Shown piece after piece: positions 49,108-59,685 of a stretch of DNA of 64,000 nt; positions within the stretch are counted from its first letter, which is position 1, and each line of letters begins with the position of its first letter. The position numbers and the translations under genes are program-made. Below the pieces are notes generated by a model. That model saw nothing but the letters and a program-made list of their open reading frames with translations. It was not told the DNA's origin and searched no databases. This DNA comes from Candidatus Omnitrophota bacterium (GTDB lineage: Bacteria > Omnitrophota > Gorgyraeia > Zapsychrales > JAHFFX01), in NCBI GenBank assembly GCA_023247725.1, contig JAHFFW010000003.1:704-64703 (forward strand), given 5' to 3'.

Positions 49108-50274
49108 ATGCCGAGCCATATTGATTTTTCTGATCGACTAAAGCAATTGCCGCCGTATCTTTTTGTGGAAATCGACAAGGCGAAAAGGGCGGCCCGTGCC
49201 GCTGGCCGGGATATCATTGACTTGGGAATCGGCGACCCGGACACTGGCACGGCGCAACCCATCATCGACGCCCTCAAAGAGGCCGCTCAGAACCCGGCGA
49301 ATCATCATTACGCACTTGATGCCGGAATGCCAGCGCTGCGTCAGGCCATCTCGTTTTGGTTCTCCAAACGCTTTTCTGTTAACCTTGATCCTGACACAGA
49401 AATTTATCCCCTCATCGGCTCGAAAGAAGGGCTTTCGCATTTGCCCTTAGGCGTCATCAATCCCAAAGATAAAGTCATTGTCCCTGATCCGTGCTATCCA
49501 GGGTATTTGGGTGCTGTGATCTTTGCCGGCGGAAGGCTGGTCCGGCTTCCTTTAAAAGAACGCAGCGGTTTTTTGCCGGATCTGGATAAAATCAAAGACC
49601 TCAAAGACATCAAGCTCATGTACCTCAATTATCCGAATAACCCGACGGCAGCGGTCGCGCCCAAGAATTACTTGGAACAATTGGTGCAGATCGCCCGTGA
49701 TCGCGGAATTATTCTGGTTTCGGATCTGGCTTATTCTGAAATCTATTTCGATAATGAAAAACCTTCGAGTGTTCTGGAAGTGGAGGGGGCCAAAGAAATC
49801 GCCATTGAGTTTCATTCCTTTTCGAAAACTTTTTCGATGACCGGCTGGCGCATCGGATGGGCCTGCGGAAATCCCGAACTCGTGAAGGCTCTGGCCAAAG
49901 TCAAATCGAATATCGACTCTGGAATCTTCCAGGCGATTCAGATTGCCGGAATCACGGCCCTGCAAATGCCCGAAGAAAAAATCGAACGCCTGCGGGCCAT
50001 GTACCAGGAACGTCGCGACTACCTCATTCATGGTCTGCGCAGCCTCGACTGGAAAATCCCGCCTCCGAAGGCAACGTTCTATGTTTGGGGAAAAATCCCC
50101 AAAAAGTTTCCGGATTCCATGACCGCGGCCAAATTTTTTTTGGAAGAAGCCAACATCGTTGCCACGCCGGGTGTCGGTTTCGGAGAACAGGGAGAAGGCT
50201 ACATCCGGATGACGATCACGGTGCCCAAAGAGCGCATCAACGAAGCCGTTGAACGCCTGCGAAAGGTCCTCTAA
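49108..50274 (+). CDS. dapL: LL-diaminopimelate aminotransferase (class I PLP enzyme)
   Basis: LPPYLF, GIGDPD, GSKEG, NYPNNPT, SFSKTFSMTGWRIG; located in the dap cluster. Confidence 0.85.
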   Translation: MPSHIDFSDRLKQLPPYLFVEIDKAKRAARAAGRDIIDLGIGDPDTGTAQPIIDALKEAAQNPANHHYALDAGMPALRQAISFWFSKRFSVNLDPDTEIYPLIGSKEGLSHLPLGVINPKDKVIVPDPCYPGYLGAVIFAGGRLVRLPLKERSGFLPDLDKIKDLKDIKLMYLNYPNNPTAAVAPKNYLEQLVQIARDRGIILVSDLAYSEIYFDNEKPSSVLEVEGAKEIAIEFHSFSKTFSMTGWRIGWACGNPELVKALAKVKSNIDSGIFQAIQIAGITALQMPEEKIERLRAMYQERRDYLIHGLRSLDWKIPPPKATFYVWGKIPKKFPDSMTAAKFFLEEANIVATPGVGFGEQGEGYIRMTITVPKERINEAVERLRKVL

Positions 50275-50712
50275 TTGGCCATCGTTTATCTCGGTTTGGG
50301 ATCCAACCTCGGGAACCGAAAAGAATTTATTTCTCGCGCCCTTCAAGAATTAAGCGCCTCCGGCATACAGATCGAAAAGGTTTCGCGGACAATCGAAACC
50401 AAACCCGAGGGTGGATTCCAACAACGCGATTATTTCAATGCCGTCCTGCAGGCGCACACCATCCTTTCTCCAACCGAATTATTCCGACGAATCAAAGACA
50501 TCGAAAGAAAACTTGGACGCAAGAGGACCTTCGTCAATGCACCCAGGCCCATTGATATCGATATCCTTTTGTATGATCGAATTCACTGGCGCAGTCCGCA
50601 AATGACGATCCCTCATCCCCGAATGTGGACTCGCGATTTTGTGATGATCCCTCTCAAGGAAATTGCCCCAGATTTTGTCCGGGAATTACAGGATGAAAAT
50701 CATTCGTCATAG
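50275..50712 (+). CDS. folK: 6-hydroxymethyl-dihydropterin pyrophosphokinase
   Basis: LGLGSNLG, PRPIDIDIL, IPHPRM..RDFV. Confidence 0.95.
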   Translation: MAIVYLGLGSNLGNRKEFISRALQELSASGIQIEKVSRTIETKPEGGFQQRDYFNAVLQAHTILSPTELFRRIKDIERKLGRKRTFVNAPRPIDIDILLYDRIHWRSPQMTIPHPRMWTRDFVMIPLKEIAPDFVRELQDENHSS

Positions 50713-51538
50713 CCAACACATGCAGTCCGCGATCTCGGCGCTCAAGTTCAAAGGAAAATCGATCGGCTTTGTTCCAACGATGGGCTGCCTTCATGCCGGA
50801 CATGCATCGCTTTTAAAAAAATGCCGCAAGGAGAATGATGTCTCGGTCCTCAGTATCTTTGTCAATCCCAGACAGTTCAGTCCGCAGGAGGATTTTAAGC
50901 GTTACCCGCGCACCTTCAAAAAAGATGAAAACTTTGCAAAAAAAGAAAAAGTTGATATAATCTTTCATCCGTCGGTCGACGATATGTATCCATTGGGTTT
51001 TCTGACCTCCGTAGAGATTCGGAATCTATCGGAACAGCTTTGCGGACGTTTTCGCCCGGGACATTTTCAAGGAGTGACGACCGTCGTCGCCAAATTGCTC
51101 AACATCGTTTCTCCCCATGTGCTGTACCTGGGCCAAAAAGATGCGCAGCAGGCGATGGTGATTCAAACGATGGTGAAGGATCTGAATTTTCCAACTCACG
51201 TGAAAGTATTACCCACCATCCGGGAACACGACGGATTGGCTTTAAGTTCTCGAAATATTTATTTGAGTCCGGAGGAAAGGGTCGCCGCTCGGGTTCTTTA
51301 TCAGGCCCTGCTTGCGGCTAAAAACCAAATCCGCAATGGCGAATACAAGCCCCACAGAATTATCCAAAAGATGCGATCCATGATTTTGGCAAAAACATCG
51401 GGACCGGTGGATTATATTGAGTTAGTCGATGCTTCCACCCTGAAGAAACTCAAAACACTGCAAGGAAATGTTTTGATCGCTCTAGCGGTTTGGTTCGGTC
51501 GAGCCCGGCTCATTGATAATATCACGATCCGCATCTGA
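50693..51538 (+). CDS. panC: pantoate--beta-alanine ligase
   Basis: VPTMGCLHAGH, RPGHFQGV, GQKDAQQ, DGLALSSRN, RLIDN. Confidence 0.97.
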   Translation: MKIIRHSQHMQSAISALKFKGKSIGFVPTMGCLHAGHASLLKKCRKENDVSVLSIFVNPRQFSPQEDFKRYPRTFKKDENFAKKEKVDIIFHPSVDDMYPLGFLTSVEIRNLSEQLCGRFRPGHFQGVTTVVAKLLNIVSPHVLYLGQKDAQQAMVIQTMVKDLNFPTHVKVLPTIREHDGLALSSRNIYLSPEERVAARVLYQALLAAKNQIRNGEYKPHRIIQKMRSMILAKTSGPVDYIELVDASTLKKLKTLQGNVLIALAVWFGRARLIDNITIRI

Positions 51539-52362
51539 TGCCTTCCCACCGAAAAAAAAGGATGGGAATTATTGGTTGTGGAGCCATCGGATCAAGAATC
51601 GCGAAAACGATTAGTCAGGATCTGGCGAAAGATTGTTCCTTAACCGCGCTCTACGATATTGATCTGGCTAAGTCCCGGGCCTTGGCCAAACATCTGCGGA
51701 ATCTTGATCTGGTCAAGTCTTCTTTGAAAGAACTGCTGTGCGTCGCGGATTTCGTGGTCGAGGCCGTGGCCTCGAAGGAGACCGCCGCGATCATTCGAAC
51801 TGTCCTCGAAGCCAAAAAAGATATTTTAATCATGAGTGTAGGACAACTTCTGTTGGCGGAAGACCTTTTTCAACTGGCAGATCAAAACAAATGCAGTGTC
51901 TTGATTCCTTCGGGCGCCATTGCGGGTCTCGATGCGATCAAGGCCGCTGTTTGTGCAGGCATTGAAAAAATAACTCTAACCACGCGAAAACCTCCCTCGG
52001 GATTTTCCGATAACCCTTATGTCAAAAACCAGGGGATCAATCTTGACGATTTGCATGAAGAAACGACGCTCTTTGAAGGAACGGTGAAACAGGCGCTGCA
52101 CCATTTTCCTAAGAATATCAACGTTGCCGCAACCCTGGCTTTAGCGGGCGACTGCAGCGATTCTTTGCAAGTCCGGATTATCACATCGCCGCACGTTCGG
52201 ACCAATTCCCACGAAATTGAGGCGATCGGCGAATTTGGCCGGATCAGCACCAAGACGGATAACGCCGTCTGTCCGGATAATCCCAAAACCAGTTATCTGG
52301 CGGTTCTCTCAGCGATTGTCACGCTCAAAGAGTATCTTCGAGGAGTCAAGATCGGAACTTAA
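51538..52362 (+). CDS. nadX: L-aspartate dehydrogenase
   Basis: GCGAIG, PSGAIAGLD, TTRKPP, FPKNINVAA, NPKTSYLA. Confidence 0.9.
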   Translation: MPSHRKKRMGIIGCGAIGSRIAKTISQDLAKDCSLTALYDIDLAKSRALAKHLRNLDLVKSSLKELLCVADFVVEAVASKETAAIIRTVLEAKKDILIMSVGQLLLAEDLFQLADQNKCSVLIPSGAIAGLDAIKAAVCAGIEKITLTTRKPPSGFSDNPYVKNQGINLDDLHEETTLFEGTVKQALHHFPKNINVAATLALAGDCSDSLQVRIITSPHVRTNSHEIEAIGEFGRISTKTDNAVCPDNPKTSYLAVLSAIVTLKEYLRGVKIGT

Positions 52363-52390
52363 AATACCCAAGGGAGGGAGGTGAACAACG

Positions 52391-52642
52391 ATGGCCCAAA
52401 AAGTCGCTAAGGTTGGAGTCAAAAAGGAAAAGGGGTTCCTGTACTTTGTCGACCGGCAAGGGGACGTCTCCTGCGCAAAAATGGCGCGCGGCAACAAAAA
52501 AGGCGGCGCCCCCAAAAAAGTCGCTAAAGTCGGTGTCAAGAAACAAGACGGATATCTGTACTTTCTTGACAAACAGGGTGATATTTCCTGCGCAAAATTA
52601 ATCCGCGGAGGAAAGAAAAAGAAATCGGCAAAAAGAAAATAA
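52391..52642 (+). CDS. small, very basic protein made of two 39-aa repeats
   Basis: KVAKVGVKKxxGxLYFxDxQGDxSCAKxxRG occurs twice; strong RBS GGAGGTGA. Confidence 0.85.
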   Translation: MAQKVAKVGVKKEKGFLYFVDRQGDVSCAKMARGNKKGGAPKKVAKVGVKKQDGYLYFLDKQGDISCAKLIRGGKKKKSAKRK

Positions 52643-52684
52643 ACCTCCTGTCATCAGGAGAATAATCGGCATCATAACCTTTTG

Positions 52685-52723
52685 CACCTCCCGGCCTGTC
52701 CCATTGCCACAGGACGGGGGGTG
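52685..52723 (+). terminator. GC-rich hairpin after the small basic protein gene
   Basis: CACCTCCCG.CCTGT-loop-ACAGG.CGGGGGGTG; no U-tract. Confidence 0.45.
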
Positions 52724-52812
52724 TGATAGGCTTTGTATTCTTCGATTGTTCCTGCTTTCCTTCTGCCGTATTCCCCACCCTGAGCTCACCATTGAAATCA
52801 AAGGCTGCTCCC

Positions 52813-55653
52813 ATGCAAAATAATTTCATCACCATCCGTGGTGCCAAAGAACACAATTTAAAGAATATTGACCTCAAGATTCCCCGCAATCAGCTGGTCG
52901 TCGTGACCGGTTTGAGCGGTTCAGGAAAATCATCGTTGGCCTTCGATACCATTTACGCCGAAGGCCAGCGCCGGTATGTCGAAAGTCTTTCGGCCTATGC
53001 CCGGCAATTCCTGGAACAACTGCAGAAACCCGACGTGGAAGCAATTGAAGGGCTGTCTCCGACCATCTCCATTGAACAAAAAACCACCAGCCGCAATCCG
53101 CGTTCTACGGTCGCGACCCAAACAGAGATTTATGACTATTTGCGTTTGCTGTTCGCCCGTATTGGAACGCCTCACTGTTATCAATGCGGCAAGAAAATTG
53201 AACGCCAAACCGTTCCCGAGATTGCCGGACAAATTCTTAAACTAGAACCGGGAACCGCCATTAATATCCTTGCACCGTTGGTGCGCGGCCGCAAAGGCGA
53301 ATATCGGCAAATCCCCAAACAGGTCGCGCAGGCCGGCTTTGTCCGGATTCGGGTCGATGGAAAAATTCGCGATATCCAGCCGCCTTTGGTTTTGGATAAA
53401 TTCAAGATTCACCATATTGAAGTTGTGGTTGATCGCTTGACCGTTAGACCGGAAATCCGCAAGCGCCTGACGGATTCGATTGAAACGGCCTTGCAGACCG
53501 GCGATGGTTTGGTGATGGTCGATTTTAACGGACAGGCCCCCGATCGCATCTTCAGCGAAAAATATGCCTGCGTTGATTGCGGGATCAGCATCGTCGAGAT
53601 CGAACCGCGGATTTTTTCTTTCAATTCCCCTTATGGCGCGTGTCCGACGTGCAACGGGCTCGGAACCAAAATGGAGATTGATCCGGAACTCATTGTTCCG
53701 GATCCCGCAAAACCGTGGGTTCAGGCCGTTGTGCCCTGGCACAAAGGCGGACGCGGATTTATGTTTTATTATCGCGCGGTTTTTCGCGAGATTGCGCAAC
53801 GCTATGGCGTTCAATCGGACAGCCCTTATCAAAATTTAAACAAACGTTTTAAAAATATCATCCTTTATGGATCCCATGATGTCATTTGGGGCAGACAATT
53901 TGAAGGCGTCCTGGCTTACCTGGAACGTTTATTTAGAGAAACCGATAACGAATGGCTCAAAGATGAACTTGCCAGATTCATGTCGGTTTTGCCTTGTCCT
54001 GACTGTACGGGTCAGCGGTTAAAAAAAGAATCCCTGGCGGTCAAGATCGCGGATAAGGATATTGCGGAGGTGACCGCCCTTCCCATCAAAGAGGCCAAAC
54101 AATTTTTCCAGACACTGTCCTTGAGCCGTGATCAGCAAACCATTAGCGTTCCCATCTTAAAAGAGATTTGCCGACGTTTGGACTTCTGCATCAATGTCGG
54201 ATTGGAATATCTCACCTTAGACCGGCGCAGCGCCACCCTTTCCGGCGGGGAAGCCGAACGCATTCGCCTGGCAACGCAAGTGGGTTCCGGATTGGTGGGC
54301 GTCATTTATATCCTGGACGAACCCAGCATTGGTTTGCACCAAAAAGATAATGAACGGCTTTTGTCGACACTGCAGTCCTTACGGGATTTAGGGAACAGTC
54401 TCATTGTGGTCGAGCATGATGAGGCCACCATTCGGGCCGCGGATTTCATTATTGATCTAGGCCCCGGAGCCGGGGAATACGGCGGGGAAATCATTTATGC
54501 CGGGGACATCCCGGGGCTGTTACGATCGCCCGATTCTTTAACCGGCCAATATCTGCGCGGACAATTGCGGATTCCGATACCCGACAAAAGACGAGAAACC
54601 CTCAAAACCCCTCAGTTAAAAATCTGGGGAGCTAAAGAACATAATCTAAAAAACATTGATGTCATTCTGCCTTTAGGCGCCTTTATCGCCATCACCGGCG
54701 TTTCCGGGTCCGGAAAATCCACTCTGGTCGATGACATCCTTTATAAAGCCCTCGCGCAAAAAATCTATCGTTCAAAAGAAAAGCCCGGCGAATTCAAAAA
54801 AATCGAAGGAGTCGAACAGCTCGATAAGGTGATTGTCGTTGATCAATCGCCGATTGGCCGCACACCCCGTTCGAATCCGGCCACCTACACCGGTCTTTTT
54901 AGTCCCATCCGCGACTTATTCAGCCAATTGCCCGAAGCTAAACTGCGCGGCTATAAACCCGGCCGCTTTAGTTTCAATGTCAAGGGCGGCCGCTGCGAGG
55001 CCTGCTCCGGAGACGGGATTAAAAAAATCGAAATGCATTTTCTTCCCGATGTCTATGTCGAGTGCGAGGTCTGTCACGGTCAGCGCTTCACCGAACAAAC
55101 GCTCGATATCCAGTATAAGGGAAAGACGATCGCGCAAGTTCTCAATCTTGCCGTGGATGAGGCCATGACTGTTTTTGAAAATATCCCCCGCATCAAAAAT
55201 ATTTTGCAGACCTTGCACGACGTGGGACTAGGCTACATCAAGTTGGGTCAATCAGCGACGACCCTTTCCGGCGGAGAAGCCCAACGCGTCAAACTCGCGA
55301 GCGAACTGTGCAAAACCGCCACCGGCCGGACGCTTTATATCCTGGATGAACCCACGACGGGCCTGCATTTTGCCGATGTGGAAAAACTTCTGGGGGTTTT
55401 GCAGCGTTTGGTCGACCGGGGCAATACGGTGCTCGTCATTGAGCACAACTTGGAAGTCATTAAGAACGCGGATTATATTGTCGACTTGGGACCGGAGGGA
55501 GGGGACCGGGGAGGGCAGATCATCTTTGCCGGCACGCCGGAAGACATCATCAAAGAAAAGTCGTCTCACACCGGACGCTATCTCAAGGATATACTTTTAC
55601 CGCCGCAAAAAACGCGCGTGGGCCAAATCTCAAGCGTTGGAATTTCGTCGTGA
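52813..55653 (+). CDS. uvrA: excinuclease ABC subunit A
   Basis: [11 protein letters not shown] twice, GLSGSGKSS / [14 protein letters not shown] twice, and Zn fingers. Confidence 0.98.
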   Translation: MQNNFITIRGAKEHNLKNIDLKIPRNQLVVVTGLSGSGKSSLAFDTIYAEGQRRYVESLSAYARQFLEQLQKPDVEAIEGLSPTISIEQKTTSRNPRSTVATQTEIYDYLRLLFARIGTPHCYQCGKKIERQTVPEIAGQILKLEPGTAINILAPLVRGRKGEYRQIPKQVAQAGFVRIRVDGKIRDIQPPLVLDKFKIHHIEVVVDRLTVRPEIRKRLTDSIETALQTGDGLVMVDFNGQAPDRIFSEKYACVDCGISIVEIEPRIFSFNSPYGACPTCNGLGTKMEIDPELIVPDPAKPWVQAVVPWHKGGRGFMFYYRAVFREIAQRYGVQSDSPYQNLNKRFKNIILYGSHDVIWGRQFEGVLAYLERLFRETDNEWLKDELARFMSVLPCPDCTGQRLKKESLAVKIADKDIAEVTALPIKEAKQFFQTLSLSRDQQTISVPILKEICRRLDFCINVGLEYLTLDRRSATLSGGEAERIRLATQVGSGLVGVIYILDEPSIGLHQKDNERLLSTLQSLRDLGNSLIVVEHDEATIRAADFIIDLGPGAGEYGGEIIYAGDIPGLLRSPDSLTGQYLRGQLRIPIPDKRRETLKTPQLKIWGAKEHNLKNIDVILPLGAFIAITGVSGSGKSTLVDDILYKALAQKIYRSKEKPGEFKKIEGVEQLDKVIVVDQSPIGRTPRSNPATYTGLFSPIRDLFSQLPEAKLRGYKPGRFSFNVKGGRCEACSGDGIKKIEMHFLPDVYVECEVCHGQRFTEQTLDIQYKGKTIAQVLNLAVDEAMTVFENIPRIKNILQTLHDVGLGYIKLGQSATTLSGGEAQRVKLASELCKTATGRTLYILDEPTTGLHFADVEKLLGVLQRLVDRGNTVLVIEHNLEVIKNADYIVDLGPEGGDRGGQIIFAGTPEDIIKEKSSHTGRYLKDILLPPQKTRVGQISSVGISS

Positions 55654-55673
55654 GGCCTGTTATAATGACTCCC

Positions 55674-58172
55674 ATGTTTTTACAATTGCTTTTACGAATG
55701 CGGCTGGTCGTCTTTTTGCTGACCGGATTGATCACTTTGAGCTATTTACCCAAAAAAGTTGCGGCTCAAGAAGACGAAAAGGAATTGTTTCTCATCGCCC
55801 AAAGGGCTTTCGACGACGGATTTTATGATGTCGCCATCCGCTATATCGAACAATTTTTACAAAAATATCCGCAAACTGAGAAACGCGTTCAGGCCAATCT
55901 CCTCTTAGGCCAATGCTATTTTTTTAAAAATCAGTATCTGAAGGCGTTCAATATCTTTCAATCGCTCGCTGGCAGTTCCGAGTTCAAAGATGCGATCCTG
56001 TTCTGGCTGGGCGAGACCTACCTTAAAGGATCCGATTACTCCCAGGCCGAAAAACAATACAAACAGGTCATTGAACTTTTCCCCAATTCTCCGTATGCTC
56101 CACAGGCTTTTTATTCGCTCGCCTGGACACATTTCGAACAAAAAGATTACAAAAGGGCGCAAGAGCACTTTAAACAGCTCACCAAAAAATTTCCTCTGCA
56201 CCAATTGACCGAAGACGGCTTTTTTAAATCGGGCGAATGCGAATACAATCTGCGGCAATATGAGAATGCCATTGAAGAGTTTCAAAATTACATCATCAAA
56301 TATCCCAAATCCAACCGGCGTGACCAGGCCTATTTTTATATTGCCGAGTCTTTTTACTATTTAAATGAATATTCTGATGCCATTGATTATTACGGCAAAA
56401 CCGTAGCGATATCGACGGATGCCAAATTAACCGTCATGGCGAACGTGAGCCTGGGCTGGAGCTATTTAAAACAGAAACAATTTGACGCTGCCCAAAAGGC
56501 TTTCTTGGCGGCGCAGCAGTTGGCGGATGAAAAAAATATCCTCTCCGATGACATCTTTCTAGGGGAAGCGAGCCTTTATACCGAAATGGGCGAACACGCC
56601 AAGGCGCTCGCGGCTTACAGTCGGTTGATCCAAGATTTTCCCAAAAGCCCGCGGCTTATTGAAGCATTCTTGGGAAAGGCCAATATCCAGTATCTGCTCA
56701 AGGATTATCCGGCTTCCATCGAAACCTATCAGAATCTGATCAACAAATATGCGGAATCCGCCGACAATAAAGAGATCATTGAAAAAGCCTACTTTGGTCT
56801 GGCCTGGGCCTTTTTGAAAAAGGGCGATATCGATGCGGCCATCAGCAATTTCGAACATATCAAATCGCAGACGGAAAATAAGACCGTCAAGATTAGCGCG
56901 CTCACTCAAATCGGCGATGCGTACCAGGATGCCGGCAAACTGGATAAGGCCCTGGATATTTATGATCAGATCCTGCGCGATTATCCCGACAGCCTCTACA
57001 GCGATTATGTGCAATACCGACAAGGAATCGCCCTGCTTAAGATGAACAAACTGGACGCTGCCGCACTTTCCTTACAGACGTTAGCAGCCAATTTTCCCAA
57101 AAGCAAGCTGATCACCGACAGCAAATACTATCTGGGTGTTGCCTATTTTAAAAAGAATGACTGGCCCCGGGCCAAAGAACTCATCGAAAATTTTTTGAAA
57201 GAGGCCCCGAAGAATTCCGATTTTCTGCCCGAAGCCAACTATATCCTGGCCTTGTCCTTTTTTAACCTCAACGACCCGGCCAATGCGATGAAAACCTTTG
57301 ATAAAATCCTGAAGCTCTATGCGGACGATGAGAATCTTGTGCATCAGTGTGAACTGGGGATGGCCAAATCCCTTTATCAACTCGGCGATGCCAAAGAGGC
57401 CATCAAAAAATTCAAACTCATCCTCTATAAATATCCGCAGACCGAGACCGCCCTCAATGCCATGATGTGGCTGGGGGATTACTATCTGGAAAATTCTGAA
57501 TTCGACAACGCCTTAGAATTTTACCAACAGATTCTGACCAATTTCCCCCACCATAAACAAATTCCGCTCCTCCATTATAAAATCGGCCAGGCGCATCAGG
57601 CCAAAGGAAATCTGGATAAGGCGATCAATGCCTACAAACTCATCGACGATCCTAAAGATAAAGAATTGTATGCCAAGGCCAAGCTCGCCATCGCGGAGAT
57701 TTTTTCCAAAGAAATGGACCTCGATACCGCCATCACCACGTATCGCAATATCGCCGCCAATTGTCCGGAAATGAAACGCGATGCATTGCTAAAAATTGCC
57801 GAAGCGAACAACCTCGAGCATAAATATGAGGAATCCTTGCAGACCCTCAATGAGGCCTTGAGGGCTGACCCGGGCTTGAGTGAATTGACGAATGCAGAAT
57901 TGCAATTTCGCATTGGCGACCTCGAAGAGCTCCTCAATAAACCCGACGCGGCCATTGAAAATTATTTGAAAGTTCCGTATCTGTATCCCAAGGAAACAAC
58001 CTGGGTCGTTAAATCTTATCTTCGTGTCGCCCGCCTTTTCGAAGACAAAGAAGATTGGGAAAATGCCAAAAGCATCTACCAAAAAATCATTGCCTCTGGC
58101 ACCGACGAGGTCAAGTTTGCCCAGGAACGCCTGGACTGGATCCAAGCGAATACCAACAAACCGCAACTTTAG
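55674..58172 (+). CDS. large exported TPR-repeat protein (start uncertain, 55650-55698)
   Basis: Signal peptide ending in VAA-Q; continuous BamD/YbgF-like TPR units ending in YP/FP. Confidence 0.9.
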   Translation: MFLQLLLRMRLVVFLLTGLITLSYLPKKVAAQEDEKELFLIAQRAFDDGFYDVAIRYIEQFLQKYPQTEKRVQANLLLGQCYFFKNQYLKAFNIFQSLAGSSEFKDAILFWLGETYLKGSDYSQAEKQYKQVIELFPNSPYAPQAFYSLAWTHFEQKDYKRAQEHFKQLTKKFPLHQLTEDGFFKSGECEYNLRQYENAIEEFQNYIIKYPKSNRRDQAYFYIAESFYYLNEYSDAIDYYGKTVAISTDAKLTVMANVSLGWSYLKQKQFDAAQKAFLAAQQLADEKNILSDDIFLGEASLYTEMGEHAKALAAYSRLIQDFPKSPRLIEAFLGKANIQYLLKDYPASIETYQNLINKYAESADNKEIIEKAYFGLAWAFLKKGDIDAAISNFEHIKSQTENKTVKISALTQIGDAYQDAGKLDKALDIYDQILRDYPDSLYSDYVQYRQGIALLKMNKLDAAALSLQTLAANFPKSKLITDSKYYLGVAYFKKNDWPRAKELIENFLKEAPKNSDFLPEANYILALSFFNLNDPANAMKTFDKILKLYADDENLVHQCELGMAKSLYQLGDAKEAIKKFKLILYKYPQTETALNAMMWLGDYYLENSEFDNALEFYQQILTNFPHHKQIPLLHYKIGQAHQAKGNLDKAINAYKLIDDPKDKELYAKAKLAIAEIFSKEMDLDTAITTYRNIAANCPEMKRDALLKIAEANNLEHKYEESLQTLNEALRADPGLSELTNAELQFRIGDLEELLNKPDAAIENYLKVPYLYPKETTWVVKSYLRVARLFEDKEDWENAKSIYQKIIASGTDEVKFAQERLDWIQANTNKPQL

Positions 58173-58180
58173 GAGGACGC

Positions 58181-58870
58181 ATGGGAACCGGACCACTGAC
58201 GGGCTGGGAAATCCTCGCACGCGGGGGCCCGCTCATGATTCCGCTGTTATTATGTTCGATTCTCACCGTGATGATCGTCGCAGAAAAATTGTGGTCTTTT
58301 GCGAAGGTGCCGCTTGATATCCATTCACTCAAAAAGGCCCTCTTCGATGATATTCGTACCAATCAGATCAAAAAAGCCATTGAACGCTGCGAAGAACACT
58401 CCTCTCCGACGGCAAAAATTCTCAAGGCCGGGATCTTGAATTTTGGAAGTGCGTTACCGCAAATCAAAGAGGCCATGGAGGCCGCCAGCCTCCAAGAAAT
58501 ACCGAAATTAGAAAAGAATCTTGGGGCGTTGCTCACCTTGGCTCATCTGGCTCCGCTTTTGGGATTCCTGGGAACGGTCACGGGCATGACGATGGTTTTT
58601 TATACGATCCAGCAGCGCGCCGAGGCCTTGAATCCATCTTCGCCCGGAGATCTGGCCGGAGGCATTTGGCAGGCCTTGCTGACGACCGTCACCGGTCTGG
58701 TTGTGGCAATCCCGGCATATCTGGCCTACAATTTTTGTGTCAGCCGTGTCCATGCGCTTGTTCTTCAAATGGAACAATCAGCGACGGAATTTGCCGCCTT
58801 TCTTTCCTCGGTGACCGAAAGCAAACAGCTCCCCAAAAGTGAAAAAGGAGATTATCCTCTTGAAATTTAA
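58181..58870 (+). CDS. MotA/TolQ/ExbB proton-channel protein
   Basis: APLLGFLGTVTGM and GGIWQALLTTVTGLVVAIP; RBS AGGAGG. Confidence 0.93.
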   Translation: MGTGPLTGWEILARGGPLMIPLLLCSILTVMIVAEKLWSFAKVPLDIHSLKKALFDDIRTNQIKKAIERCEEHSSPTAKILKAGILNFGSALPQIKEAMEAASLQEIPKLEKNLGALLTLAHLAPLLGFLGTVTGMTMVFYTIQQRAEALNPSSPGDLAGGIWQALLTTVTGLVVAIPAYLAYNFCVSRVHALVLQMEQSATEFAAFLSSVTESKQLPKSEKGDYPLEI

Positions 58871-59255
58871 ACGGCAATTCCTTCTGGAAAGGGGGATCCA
58901 ACCGATTCACCTCGTGCCGTTGGCTGACGTGCTCTTTGTTTTACTCATCTTTTTAATCTTGTCGCCCGCTTTCACCGTGCGGGAGGGAATCCCCATTGCG
59001 CTGCCGCGAACCCTCACCAGCGATGTCATTAAAGAAGAGCATAACGTCATTATGATCACCGGCGAGGACGTCGTGTATTTCAATGATCAGCCGGTTCGCC
59101 TCGAGGAATTACGCCAGCGCCTCGGCGAATCGGGGCACAAAAAGCAGCCGCTCATGATTAAAGCCGATCAACGCACCTCCATTGGACGTCTGGTAAAAAT
59201 CTGGAATCTCTGCCGCCAATTGGGGGTTGAACGGATCAAGATTGCGACGAATTAA
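58860..59255 (+). CDS. ExbD/TolR-family protein
   Basis: LVPLADVLFVLLIF retains the TM Asp; also IKAD; TTG start after AAGGAG. Confidence 0.9.
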   Translation: MKFKRQFLLERGIQPIHLVPLADVLFVLLIFLILSPAFTVREGIPIALPRTLTSDVIKEEHNVIMITGEDVVYFNDQPVRLEELRQRLGESGHKKQPLMIKADQRTSIGRLVKIWNLCRQLGVERIKIATN

Positions 59256-59262
59256 TATCTTC

Positions 59263-59685
59263 ATGAAAGATTTTATCCATCGCCTTAACCACTGGCAACC
59301 GGCCTTCTTTTTTGCTTTAGCCTTCCATTTGGGCCTTACTCATCTTTTTGGTTTTCAGCTGAAACATACCGATTCTCGAGTCTTGCCCGAGCTCATTTTT
59401 CTTGGTTCAATTCTTCAGAGGCAGGATTTTTCCGTCGGGAAAAAGGCCGCAAAAGTCAAGGTGATGCCTTACGAACAGGAAACTATTGCGCTACCTGACG
59501 GCAGAGAAGATCGAATGATAGACTCGGGGACTCTAGAAAAGCCTCTCTCGGTCCCTGCGCCGCCAACCGCCAAAGTCTGCATCAAAACTTCGTTTGTGCA
59601 AACACCCCCCCAGATTCAGGAACCAAAAGTTTTAGGCATACCAGAGGCTGTTCCCTATTTGCCTTTGAGGCAACGCAAGCCATGA
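59263..59685 (+). CDS. TonB/TolA-like single-TM, Pro-rich protein without an evident TonB_C domain
   Basis: TM ALAFHLGL with His; Pro-rich tail; located after exbD. Confidence 0.5.
   Translation: MKDFIHRLNHWQPAFFFALAFHLGLTHLFGFQLKHTDSRVLPELIFLGSILQRQDFSVGKKAAKVKVMPYEQETIALPDGREDRMIDSGTLEKPLSVPAPPTAKVCIKTSFVQTPPQIQEPKVLGIPEAVPYLPLRQRKP

Noticed and set aside
52643-52812. LexA/SOS box upstream of uvrA; ORF-track start at 52723
   Set aside because: No recognisable CTGT-N8-ACAG or GAAC-N4-GTTC box (the CTGT...ACAG here has a 9-nt spacer inside a hairpin). UvrA homology begins at Met 52813.
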